Part shown: piece after piece, positions 18,455 through 27,247 of the stretch
Layout of the letters: every line of letters starts with the position of its first letter
Numbering within the stretch: the stretch's first letter is position 1
Assembly (NCBI GenBank): GCA_002434805.1
Contig: DJKW01000001.1
Coordinates: 87,985 to 148,151 of the forward strand
DNA length: 60,167 nucleotides
Source: Patescibacteria group bacterium UBA6532
GTDB taxonomy: Bacteria > Patescibacteriota > Minisyncoccia > Minisyncoccales > UBA6532
Direction: 5' to 3'
Notes under the pieces: generated by a model
The model's database searches: none
What the model saw: only the letters and a program-made list of their open reading frames with translations
Told to the model about the DNA's origin: nothing
Position numbers and translations under genes: made by a program

Positions 18455-19390
18455 CTATCTAGAAGATTCAAATCCGGTGGCTAAAACAGTTATCTTTACC
18501 TCTCCCTTCTTTAGCTTCTTATCTTTACTAGCCCCGAAGATTATTCTGGCATCTTTAACCGTATTCTTGGTAATAACTTTAGCTGCCTCATCTATTTCAT
18601 AAAGCCCCAAATCGTTTCCTCCAGAAACATTGAATAAAATTCCTTTGGCTCCTTCAATGGAAATATCCAATAAAGGAGAGTTAATGGCCTGCTTAACGGC
18701 AGCTTCAATTCTTCTCTCTCCGCCGGCCTGCCCTACCCCGAATATGGCTTGACCCGCTCCCTTCATAATAGATTTAACGTCAGCGAAATCAACGTTGACA
18801 ATTCCCGGGACGGAAATTAAATCAGAAATTCCCTGAACGGCTTGACGCAAAACCTCGTCGCACTGCCAAAAGGCAGAAACCAGAGTAGCGTCTTGATCAA
18901 TTAAAGAAAGGATCTTATCGTTGGAAATGGTAAGAAGCGTATCAACGTTGTCTTTTAAATTCTTTAATCCATTTTTAGCCACCCTCATTCGCTGGCTCCC
19001 TTCAAAAGAAAAAGGCTTGGTAACCACAGCAATGGTTAAGGCCCCCTGCTCTTTGGCAATCTTTGAAATTACGGGAGCTGACCCGGTACATGTTCCTCCT
19101 CCCAGGCCACCGGTAATAAAAACCATATCTGAACCTTTCAAAACCTTTTCTATTTCCTCCCTGCTTTCCTCGGTAGCCAGCCTGCCAATTTCGGGATTCA
19201 TTCCAGATCCCAATCCCTTAGTTATATTTTTACCAATTCTGATCTTTAAATGAGCCCTGGTCTTTATTAAATCTTGGGCATCGGTATTTACAGCAATCAA
19301 ATCTACGCCCTGGATTTTACAGGTCATCATTCGGGAAATAGCATTACCGCCCGATCCCCCAACTCCTATAACCTTTATTTTAGTCGGCAT
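18455..19390 (-). CDS. ftsZ: cell division protein FtsZ, very short C-terminus
   Basis: IGVGGSGGNA, GLGGGTCTG, NVDFADV, VLATGF. Confidence 0.97.
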   Translation of the reverse strand: MPTKIKVIGVGGSGGNAISRMMTCKIQGVDLIAVNTDAQDLIKTRAHLKIRIGKNITKGLGSGMNPEIGRLATEESREEIEKVLKGSDMVFITGGLGGGTCTGSAPVISKIAKEQGALTIAVVTKPFSFEGSQRMRVAKNGLKNLKDNVDTLLTISNDKILSLIDQDATLVSAFWQCDEVLRQAVQGISDLISVPGIVNVDFADVKSIMKGAGQAIFGVGQAGGERRIEAAVKQAINSPLLDISIEGAKGILFNVSGGNDLGLYEIDEAAKVITKNTVKDARIIFGASKDKKLKKGEVKITVLATGFESSR

Positions 19391-19396
19391 ATGCTT

Positions 19397-20629
19397 TTAA
19401 GGTTTAAACTTATTAAACATTTTCTCTAACTTGGACTTAATTCTTGGCCAAATAGAAGGAAGTTCTTCGTCTTCAAGATCAACTCCATCTAAAATCAGTC
19501 CTGAAACCACGCTAAAGGCCGGATCATCTTCCAGCCCCTTTAATTCTTTGAGAACTCCGATCCGGCAAGGAAGTTCTAATTCATTTTTAGCAAATTCTAC
19601 AATATTTGGTAATTTAGCTCCGCCGCCGGTTAAAACTACTCCAGCCGGAAAAAGATGATTAGAAGAAACTTTTTTAATCTCTTTATTGATCTCTCTGAAG
19701 ATTTCTGAAATTCTAGGTTCAACAATCTCGGTTAACTTTTTTGGAGAAAAAATTAAAGGGCTCTCTTGATCGGAAAGCTCTATCCTTATATTCTGGGAAC
19801 GAGCAGCCGACTTTTTTCTTTTTTTACTCTTAACTATCGGGCATGTTACAAATTCCTTCTTTATCTTTTCTGCTATTTCAATGCTGGTTTTAAGCCCGAT
19901 GGCAATATCATTGGTAATATTAGAAGAACCTACTGGCAAAACAAAAGCGTGTATTAAGTTGCCCTCTATGAAAGCGGACAAACCTATGGTCCCCGCTCCA
20001 ATATCTATCAGGTAAACTCCCAGCTCTTTCTCTTGGGGAGTTAAAACAGCTCTAGCTGCAGCCAAAGAAGAAAGAGTTATGTCATCGATTTTCTGAAGAC
20101 TAGAGTTTAAAACTGCATTGGTTAAATTCTGGATATACGGAGAGAGAGCGCCAAGAGCAAGAATTTCCACTTCCAGTCTCACTCCTTTCATTCCAAGCGG
20201 TTCTTTTACCCCGCCTTCTCCATCAACAATAAATTCGCAGGGAAAAACATCTAAAATCTCCTTATTTGATGGAAGAGAAAATGTTTGAGCTGCCTGCATT
20301 ACCCGCTCAATATCTTCAGAAGATATTTTTTGATCGGCTCGGGAGATAACTATGTTTCCACGAGAAAGCGTAGAGAATATATGGCTTCCATTGATATTGA
20401 TAAAAACTCTTTCAATATTTTCTCCGCTTTCGTCTTGAAGCTGAGATATGACTTGATTTATTTTCTTTGAAACCTCATCAACATCAATAACCACTCCTTT
20501 CCTTACCCCAAAAGATTGCTGAACAGCTTTAGCCACAACTTCTAAAGAATTAGGGTTTTTTACTACAGATAAACCCTTAATAGAAGTGGTCCCGATATCG
20601 ATAGCAGTAATTATATTATTATTGGCCAT
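19397..20629 (-). CDS. ftsA: cell division protein FtsA
   Basis: DIGTTSI, DIGAGT, VLTGGGAKL, C-terminal amphipathic helix. Confidence 0.95.
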   Translation of the reverse strand: MANNNIITAIDIGTTSIKGLSVVKNPNSLEVVAKAVQQSFGVRKGVVIDVDEVSKKINQVISQLQDESGENIERVFININGSHIFSTLSRGNIVISRADQKISSEDIERVMQAAQTFSLPSNKEILDVFPCEFIVDGEGGVKEPLGMKGVRLEVEILALGALSPYIQNLTNAVLNSSLQKIDDITLSSLAAARAVLTPQEKELGVYLIDIGAGTIGLSAFIEGNLIHAFVLPVGSSNITNDIAIGLKTSIEIAEKIKKEFVTCPIVKSKKRKKSAARSQNIRIELSDQESPLIFSPKKLTEIVEPRISEIFREINKEIKKVSSNHLFPAGVVLTGGGAKLPNIVEFAKNELELPCRIGVLKELKGLEDDPAFSVVSGLILDGVDLEDEELPSIWPRIKSKLEKMFNKFKP

Positions 20630-20645
20630 ACTAAATTATAAATAC

Positions 20646-21062
20646 TTATGACTTTAAAGCTTGGGAAAGATACGATTCTTGTTTTTTCTCCATTTCCCTT
20701 GCTTTTGCCCTAGATTTTTCATGGTCGTATCCCAAAAGGTGCAATATCCCGTGAATCAAAATTCGGGCAAGTTCCTCTTGAAAATCAACCTTAAACTTTT
20801 TGGAATTCTTTTTAACCTCTCTTAAGCAAATAACTATTTCTCCCAGTCCTTCAAGAAAATCTTTAGATTCTTGAAAAGACAAAACATCTGTTGCCTTATC
20901 CTTTTTGCGATACTTCTTATTTAATTCTCTAATCCTGCCAGGACCGATTAAAGCCAAAGAAATCTCTCCACTACTCTTATTTTCTCCTTTCAAAACAATT
21001 TTGGCAACCTTTTTTAAAAAATTCTCGTCAATGGAACTCTTAGTCAAGTTATTAATTTCCAT
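20646..21062 (-). CDS. ybeY: rRNA maturation factor YbeY
   Basis: TDVLSF, HGILHLLGYDH. Confidence 0.96.
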   Translation of the reverse strand: MEINNLTKSSIDENFLKKVAKIVLKGENKSSGEISLALIGPGRIRELNKKYRKKDKATDVLSFQESKDFLEGLGEIVICLREVKKNSKKFKVDFQEELARILIHGILHLLGYDHEKSRAKAREMEKKQESYLSQALKS

Positions 21063-21111
21063 TATTATTCCATCTAAATAAATATTAAAGAAAGGTCTAT
21101 ACTGGTTAGTA

Positions 21112-21594
21112 TTAATAAATCCATCTTGTCACAACGGCTAAAAAGACTTGAATTATCATTATGGCTAAAATAATTATTGCAAGTTTTTTAATAATAGTGT
21201 ATTTTTGTCTCTTCGGCTTTTTTGGAGATAAAACTCCTGAACGCATCATTGATTCAAGGTGTAAAAAGAATTCATTAAGAATCTTTTTCTTCTCGCCTTG
21301 CCAATCGATAACGTAATGCGAGACGCTTTCTCTGCACTCTGCGGAAATTTGATTACCGTAAACCTCGATTATAAGAACCTTATGGTATGCTCCAGCAAAT
21401 AGATCAGCCAAAAAAGAAGAACTCGGCCACATTAAAATGCTAGGAATATTGACTACCCATTGTATTTTATCTTCTTTTTGCTCCTTTCTCTTTTCCTCCC
21501 ATCCCAATGATTTCAAGGCCTCGATGGTTTTCCCAACTACTTCGGTTAGTTCGCTAAATGAAAGGTTAGAAAATTCTTTTTCTTGTTTTGCCAT
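21112..21594 (-). CDS. hypothetical protein with a C-terminal TM helix
   Basis: 160-aa ORF in operon orientation, 3 nt after yqeY; no recognised motif. Confidence 0.65.
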   Translation of the reverse strand: MAKQEKEFSNLSFSELTEVVGKTIEALKSLGWEEKRKEQKEDKIQWVVNIPSILMWPSSSFLADLFAGAYHKVLIIEVYGNQISAECRESVSHYVIDWQGEKKKILNEFFLHLESMMRSGVLSPKKPKRQKYTIIKKLAIIILAIMIIQVFLAVVTRWIY

Positions 21595-21597
21595 CCT

Positions 21598-22107
21598 TTA
21601 TTTATTTTTAGGAATTAATAATTCTTTAACAACTTTACTAACCAATCCTCCGTCCGCTTTTCCTTTTACTTTTGGTATTAATTCTGCCATTACCTTTCCC
21701 ATGTCTTTGAGGCTCTCAGCTCCGACTTTCTCAATCGCTTCTTTGGTTAATTTTTTAATTTCCTCTTCTGAAATCTGTTCTGGTAAATATTTTTTGAGAA
21801 TTTCTATTTCTTTTTTTTCTTTATCTGCCAGATCCTTTCTTTTTCCTTTTTCAAACTCAAAAACCGAATCTTTCCTCTTTTTAACTTCAAAAGATATTAA
21901 TAAAATCAGCTCTTCATCGGTAAGCTGACTTTTTTTAACCAGCTCCTCTTCTTTTAAATTGGGTTCCTCTTTAGAAACTTTATACCTTTTTTCTTTCTCT
22001 TTATTTATAATGGCTGCCGATACCATGCGCAAAACCAAAGAACGGAGTTCTTCTTTTCCCCTTACAGCTTCCTTAATATCCTCTTGAATTTCTTCTTTTA
22101 AGCTCAT
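21598..22107 (-). CDS. yqeY: GatB/YqeY domain protein
   Basis: KKRKDS..F..GKR.DLA.KE..EI.IL.KYLP.Q, DMGKVM, GKADG. Confidence 0.93.
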   Translation of the reverse strand: MSLKEEIQEDIKEAVRGKEELRSLVLRMVSAAIINKEKEKRYKVSKEEPNLKEEELVKKSQLTDEELILLISFEVKKRKDSVFEFEKGKRKDLADKEKKEIEILKKYLPEQISEEEIKKLTKEAIEKVGAESLKDMGKVMAELIPKVKGKADGGLVSKVVKELLIPKNK

Positions 22108-22334
22108 TAATATCTTTTATCCGGCTTAGATAGTTTTTTTAACTTTTTGTAATATTCTGCCAATTCTTCTTTTCGCAAGGCCGTTCTTCTTTTAGCTCCA
22201 CGGCTTTGTGAGTGTTTTCGGAATTGATTCTGCCTTGCCCGCAACAAAATCCCGCTTTGTTGAATAGCTTTTCTAAAGCGGTGGATTAAAGTTTGGGTAT
22301 TTTCTCTTTCTTTGCGTTTGATTTCTAATGGCAT
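22107..22334 (-). CDS. rpsU: 30S ribosomal protein bS21, divergent
   Basis: KERENTQTLIHRFRKAIQQSGIL pattern; classic hit-rpsU-yqeY synteny. Confidence 0.8.
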   Translation of the reverse strand: MPLEIKRKERENTQTLIHRFRKAIQQSGILLRARQNQFRKHSQSRGAKRRTALRKEELAEYYKKLKKLSKPDKRY

Positions 22335-22353
22335 AAAATTAATTTAAATATTT

Positions 22354-22683
22354 TTATTTTTTCCATCCTCCTAATAAATGTAAATGCAAATGGCCGATGA
22401 CTTGGCCCCCTCCTTCGCCAACGTTAAATAATAATTTATATCCGCTTTCCGATATCTTTTGGTCTTTGGCTAGTTTTTTAGCTACTAAAAATAATTCTCC
22501 TATTAATCCTTTATCTTCTTCTTTCAAGTGATCTACGGAAAGAATATGTTTTTTGGGAACAACCAAGACGTGAATGGGAGCTTTTGGGTAAATATCTTTG
22601 AAAGCTATAATTTCATCATCTTCGTAAAGGATGTTAGCTGGCTCTTTCTTGTTGGTAATTTGGCAAAAAAGACAGTCGTCCAT
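22354..22683 (-). CDS. histidine triad (HINT) nucleotide-binding protein
   Basis: DCLFC, PKAPIHVLVVPKKH, HLHLHLLGG. Confidence 0.95.
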   Translation of the reverse strand: MDDCLFCQITNKKEPANILYEDDEIIAFKDIYPKAPIHVLVVPKKHILSVDHLKEEDKGLIGELFLVAKKLAKDQKISESGYKLLFNVGEGGGQVIGHLHLHLLGGWKK

Positions 22684-22686
22684 AGT

Positions 22687-23976
22687 TTAAAGATTGCTTA
22701 TTTTTTTAAGGCGCTTCTTTATTTCTCGGACAACTTTCTCAAACTTCACAATCTCTTGTTTACCGGTCTTCATGTCTCTAATAATAATTATACCCTCAAG
22801 AGCTTCCTTTTGGCCAATAATGAGAGTATAGGCTGAGCCAGTTTTATCTGCCTTTCTAAGCTGGGTTCTTAAAGAGTCTTTACCGAAAGATTCAGCTACT
22901 TGGATTTTTTCTTTTCTAAAATCCTCGAAAAGCTTTAAACTCTTTCTTTTGGCTAAATCTCCCAATTGGGCCAGGAAAACCTTGGGAGCGGAATGAGAAA
23001 CGCTTCTTGTTCTGGATTTCATCGCGCTTACTATTCTTTCCACTCCAGCTGCTCCGCCGCAAGCGGGCGTATCTTTCCCACCAAGTAATTTCACTAAAGC
23101 ATCGTATCTTCCCCCTCCGACTATGGCTCCGATATTTTTGCCTTCGTTGCTATCTTCGAATATTTCAAATACGGTTTTAGTGTAGTAGTCAAGCCCCCTA
23201 ACTAAAAGAGGATTTAAGTGATAGGGTATCTCAATCTCGTCCAGGAATTCTAAGACCTTCTTAAAGTGAGTCTTGCATCCTTCGCAGAAATAATCAATCA
23301 TCTGAGGAGCCTGACTGATTATCCTTTGGCATTTTTCTTCCTTGCAGTCCAAAATCCTTAAAGGATTTTCTCTTAATCTTCTTCGACAATCTAAACAAAG
23401 CTGCCCTTCCCGGTATCTAAAATAACTTGATAAAGATTTTTTATAATAAGGGCGGCACTGATTGTCGCCAATACTGTTAATCTCAATAATTAAATTCTTA
23501 AACTTTAATTCTTTTAAAATATTGTAAAAAATTTGGATAACCTGGGCGTCAACAGAAGGACTTTCTTCTCCCAGAACCTCAAAGCCAAACTGGTAGAATT
23601 GGCGAAACCTGCCGGCCTGGGACCTTTCATATCTGAAAAGAGGGCCAAAATACCATAGTTTTATGGGCTGGGGAAGATTGAACATTCCGTGTTCAATATA
23701 GGATCTGACTACTCCAGGAGTAAATTCGGGACGCAAAGCCAAATGATCGCCTCCTTTGGTCCGGAAAGTATACATCTGCTTTTTAACAATATCAGTGGAC
23801 AATCCTGTCCCTTTTTCAAAAAGCTGAGACTGCTCAACAATAGGGGTATCAATTTTTCCGAATTCATAAAATCCAGCAATATCCTTCACTACTTTATAAA
23901 TTTTCTGAAAGTAAGACTGACTTTCAGGCAAAATATCATGCATTCCGCTAGGTATTTGAAATTTTGGTTTCTTCAT
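22687..23976 (-). CDS. hisS: histidyl-tRNA synthetase
   Basis: LRPEFT, FRYER.QAGRFRQFYQ, LVRGLDYYT, GGGRYD; ATG start chosen. Confidence 0.97.
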   Translation of the reverse strand: MKKPKFQIPSGMHDILPESQSYFQKIYKVVKDIAGFYEFGKIDTPIVEQSQLFEKGTGLSTDIVKKQMYTFRTKGGDHLALRPEFTPGVVRSYIEHGMFNLPQPIKLWYFGPLFRYERSQAGRFRQFYQFGFEVLGEESPSVDAQVIQIFYNILKELKFKNLIIEINSIGDNQCRPYYKKSLSSYFRYREGQLCLDCRRRLRENPLRILDCKEEKCQRIISQAPQMIDYFCEGCKTHFKKVLEFLDEIEIPYHLNPLLVRGLDYYTKTVFEIFEDSNEGKNIGAIVGGGRYDALVKLLGGKDTPACGGAAGVERIVSAMKSRTRSVSHSAPKVFLAQLGDLAKRKSLKLFEDFRKEKIQVAESFGKDSLRTQLRKADKTGSAYTLIIGQKEALEGIIIIRDMKTGKQEIVKFEKVVREIKKRLKKISNL

Positions 23977-23987
23977 GAAATAATCAT

Positions 23988-24533
23988 TCAATAACTAGGA
24001 ACTTCAATCTTGGCCAGGGCAACAAAAGGCCAGGCTCTTAAAAATACTCGACCGATAATATCTTCTTTTGGTAAAGGTCCCCAGCGGCGTGAATCAGAAG
24101 AAGCAAACCGGTTGTCTCCCAAAACAAAGTATTCGTTATAGTCCAGAGCTATCAGAATATCGCCGGGCGTCTGCAAAGATGAAAGATAGCTTAATTCATT
24201 AAGGATTTGATTCCTCTCTCTGTTATAAATAATAATTGTTCCGTCTTTTATCTCTATTGTTTCTCCCGGCAACCCAACGATTCTTTTGATATAGCGCTGG
24301 GAAGGGTCATCTGGATATTTAAAAACTATCACCTCGCCTCTTTTGGGAGATTGGAATCGATAGGAAATTTCGTCAATAATCAAATAATCGCCGTTGCTAA
24401 AATTGGGCTCCATTGACTGTCCGCTAACTAAAAACGGCTGGAAAATAAAATACCTAATAGGTACCACTATTAACAAGGCGATGGCGACAACTTTTGCAAT
24501 TTCCCAAATAAAAAGGAGTGTATCTTTAATCAT
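23988..24533 (-). CDS. lepB: signal peptidase I
   Basis: GQSMEP, YIKRIVGLPGE, GDNR..SSDSRRWG. Confidence 0.96.
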   Translation of the reverse strand: MIKDTLLFIWEIAKVVAIALLIVVPIRYFIFQPFLVSGQSMEPNFSNGDYLIIDEISYRFQSPKRGEVIVFKYPDDPSQRYIKRIVGLPGETIEIKDGTIIIYNRERNQILNELSYLSSLQTPGDILIALDYNEYFVLGDNRFASSDSRRWGPLPKEDIIGRVFLRAWPFVALAKIEVPSY

Positions 24534-24544
24534 ATTGTTAAATA

Positions 24545-24573
24545 ATTATAGCTGAGATTTTCCATCTCTGCAA
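24545..24573 (-). promoter_or_regulatory. sigma70 promoter of the lepB-hisS operon, overlapping the divergent pth promoter region
   Basis: TTGCAG-17 nt-TATAAT, 11 nt before the ATG; TGtTAAAAT on the + strand at 24580-24588 precedes pth. Confidence 0.6.
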
Positions 24574-24597
24574 GCCCTGTGTTAAAATATACTTAAG

Positions 24598-25179
24598 ATG
24601 ATATTAATTGTCGGCCTGGGGAATCCAGGAAAAAAATATCAAAAAACGCGCCACAATCTTGGTTTTAAAATTGTGGAAAAATTAGCCAAGAAAAAAGATT
24701 TCCCTGATTTTCGCTTTGTTAAAAAATTTAAAGCTGAGACTTCTCAAGGATCACTAAGCAATAAAAAAGTTATTATCGCCAAACCCCAAACCTTTATGAA
24801 CGATTCTGGTCAAGCAGTAAAAAAATTGATAAAATTCATGAAGCTGAAAGTCAGGGATTTACTTGTTGTCCATGACGATATTGATCTTCCTTTGGGAAAA
24901 ATTAAAATTTCTAAAAGCCGGGGATCGGCTGGACACAAAGGAGTTCAGTCCATTATTAATAACCTGAAAACAAAAGATTTTATCAGGTTCAGGATTGGAA
25001 TTAAGCCGAAAAATGATAAAAAAGAATCCAGAAATACGGCAGAGAGGTTTGTTCTCCAAAAATTTAATAAAAAGGAGGAGGAAATCATAAAAGAAAGCAT
25101 AAGAATAAGCAATGAAGCAATTGAGATGGCAGTCAACCAAGGGATTGAAAAAGCAATGGGAGAATATAATCAAAAATAG
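24598..25179 (+). CDS. pth: peptidyl-tRNA hydrolase
   Basis: VGLGNPG..Y..TRHNLGF, KPQTFMNDSG, HDDID. Confidence 0.97.
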   Translation: MILIVGLGNPGKKYQKTRHNLGFKIVEKLAKKKDFPDFRFVKKFKAETSQGSLSNKKVIIAKPQTFMNDSGQAVKKLIKFMKLKVRDLLVVHDDIDLPLGKIKISKSRGSAGHKGVQSIINNLKTKDFIRFRIGIKPKNDKKESRNTAERFVLQKFNKKEEEIIKESIRISNEAIEMAVNQGIEKAMGEYNQK

Positions 25180-25276
25180 GAAAACAAAAAGGCTTACTAT
25201 TATTAAGCAGGCCTTATGATTCCCGTTTATTGATTTCTTTTCTTTTCTCTGATTTTCACGTATACTCTTTTATTGA

Positions 25277-27247
25277 ATGAATTTATCAAGAAAATCCATT
25301 AACAAGGTGTTAATTGTCAGCATTACCCCCTATTTTCTAGAAAAGGGGAATATTTGGTTTGAGAAAAATTTAAGAAGAATTTTAAAAGCAAAAAGAACCC
25401 AAACTTTCTTTGAAGACAATACTATATATTTAGAAAAAAAAGAAGACCTTCATTTTTCTAAATTTTTGAGAAAGTTAGATGAAATGGGTTATGAAAAAGT
25501 CCAAACGACAACAGAACCTGGCGAATTTTCTAAAAGAGGGGGAATAATTGAGATTTTCCCGATAAACTTAAATTATGCCGTTCAAATTGAATTTTACGGC
25601 AACCTTATTGAAAACATTGAAAAACTGCCGATTGAACTGAAAAATGAGAAGGAAGCAAAAGAAAAATTAACGAGAAAGCTTAAGCGCCAGAAGATCTTTT
25701 CTCAATTGGGCAGTTTAAAATCAGGGGACTATCTTGTCCATTTAGACCATGGAATCGGAATCTATGACAAGAAAATAAAAATTGCCAAGAAAGACTATTA
25801 TCTTTTAAACTACGCTGCCGGCGACAAACTCTATGTTCCTTTGGGCTTAGAAAGAAAATTAACCAGGTATTTTGGGCTTTTAGATCCGAAGGTTTCCAGG
25901 CTGGGAAGCCATATTTGGGAAAAAACTAAAAAGAAAATCAAGGAAGAGGTTGAAAAAATGGCAAAAGAACTCCTGGAACTCTATGCCAAAAGAGAAGTAG
26001 CCACCCGCCCTCCTTATCTTGTCTCAGACGAAATACAGAAAAACTTTGATAGCGATTTCTTGTTTGAAGAAACTCCGGACCAAATTGAAGCCATTGAAGA
26101 TATTTACCGGGACCTGGAGAAAAAACGACCCATGGACAGAATCGTTTGCGGGGACGTGGGATTCGGGAAAACCGAGGTAGCCTTAAGAGCAGCTTTTAAA
26201 GTAATACGGTCTGGAAAACAAGTGGCTATAATCTGCCCTACTACTATTCTCGCTAACCAGCATTTCCAAAACTTTAAAGCAAGATTAAAGAAATTCCCCG
26301 TGAATTTAGCTTTACTTTCCAGGCTCCAATCTAAAAAAGAGCAGGAAAAAACAATTAATAACTTAAAGGAGGGCAAAATTGACCTGCTCGTGGGAACCCA
26401 CAGGGTCTTCTCAAAAGACGTTGAATTTAAAGAGCTTGGTCTTTTGATTATTGATGACGAGCAAAAATTCGGAGTCCGCCAAAAAGAAAAATTAAAGAAA
26501 GCCAGAGCGTCTTTAGACGTCTTAAGCTTATCAGCCACGCCAATACCGAGAACTTTATATATGGCCCTCTCGTCTTTAAAAGGCATAAGCTTGATTCAGA
26601 CTCCCCCGCTCCAGCGTTTGCCGATTAAAACCTTTATCCTTCCCTGGTCAGAAAAAAGCATTAAAAAAGCAATTAAAAAAGAAACTTCTCGGAAAGGCCA
26701 GGTCTATTATCTTCACAACAGAGTGGAAAATATTGAAGCCATTAAAAGATTTTTGGAAAGCTTAGTGCCTAAAGCCAAAATTGGCATTGCTCACGGAAGA
26801 TTAAAAGAAAAAAAACTAGTAGAGGTAATGGAAGATTTTCAGAATAAAGATATTGACGTCCTTTTAGCAACCACTATTATTGAAAGCGGACTTGATCTGC
26901 CCAATGTCAACACTCTTATTGTGGCTGATGCCTCAAAGCTCGGCCTCTCCCAGGCCTATCAGATCCGGGGACGCATCGGCAGATCCAATATTCAGGCTTT
27001 TGCTTATTTCTTTTCGAGCAAGAATCTGCCGGAAAAAGCAAAATTGAGAATGAAAGCCTTAAAAGAATCTGAAGCCCTGGGATCTGGATATAGAATCGCC
27101 CTAAAGGATTTGGAAATTAGAGGAACCGGAAACATTTTAGGAAAAGAGCAGTCAGGGAATATAAATCAGGTTGGTTTGAACCTTTACTGCCAAATACTCT
27201 CTGAAGCTATTGAGAAATTAAACAAAGATGCTAAAGTTAAGCAATGA
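25277..27247 (+). CDS. mfd: transcription-repair coupling factor Mfd, truncated architecture
   Basis: UvrB-like PGEFSKRGGIIEIFP, RID GDYLVHLDHGIG, GDVGFGKTEVA, DDEQKFG, SATPIPRT, DLEIRG.GNILG.EQSG; pth-mfd synteny. Confidence 0.92.
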   Translation: MNLSRKSINKVLIVSITPYFLEKGNIWFEKNLRRILKAKRTQTFFEDNTIYLEKKEDLHFSKFLRKLDEMGYEKVQTTTEPGEFSKRGGIIEIFPINLNYAVQIEFYGNLIENIEKLPIELKNEKEAKEKLTRKLKRQKIFSQLGSLKSGDYLVHLDHGIGIYDKKIKIAKKDYYLLNYAAGDKLYVPLGLERKLTRYFGLLDPKVSRLGSHIWEKTKKKIKEEVEKMAKELLELYAKREVATRPPYLVSDEIQKNFDSDFLFEETPDQIEAIEDIYRDLEKKRPMDRIVCGDVGFGKTEVALRAAFKVIRSGKQVAIICPTTILANQHFQNFKARLKKFPVNLALLSRLQSKKEQEKTINNLKEGKIDLLVGTHRVFSKDVEFKELGLLIIDDEQKFGVRQKEKLKKARASLDVLSLSATPIPRTLYMALSSLKGISLIQTPPLQRLPIKTFILPWSEKSIKKAIKKETSRKGQVYYLHNRVENIEAIKRFLESLVPKAKIGIAHGRLKEKKLVEVMEDFQNKDIDVLLATTIIESGLDLPNVNTLIVADASKLGLSQAYQIRGRIGRSNIQAFAYFFSSKNLPEKAKLRMKALKESEALGSGYRIALKDLEIRGTGNILGKEQSGNINQVGLNLYCQILSEAIEKLNKDAKVKQ

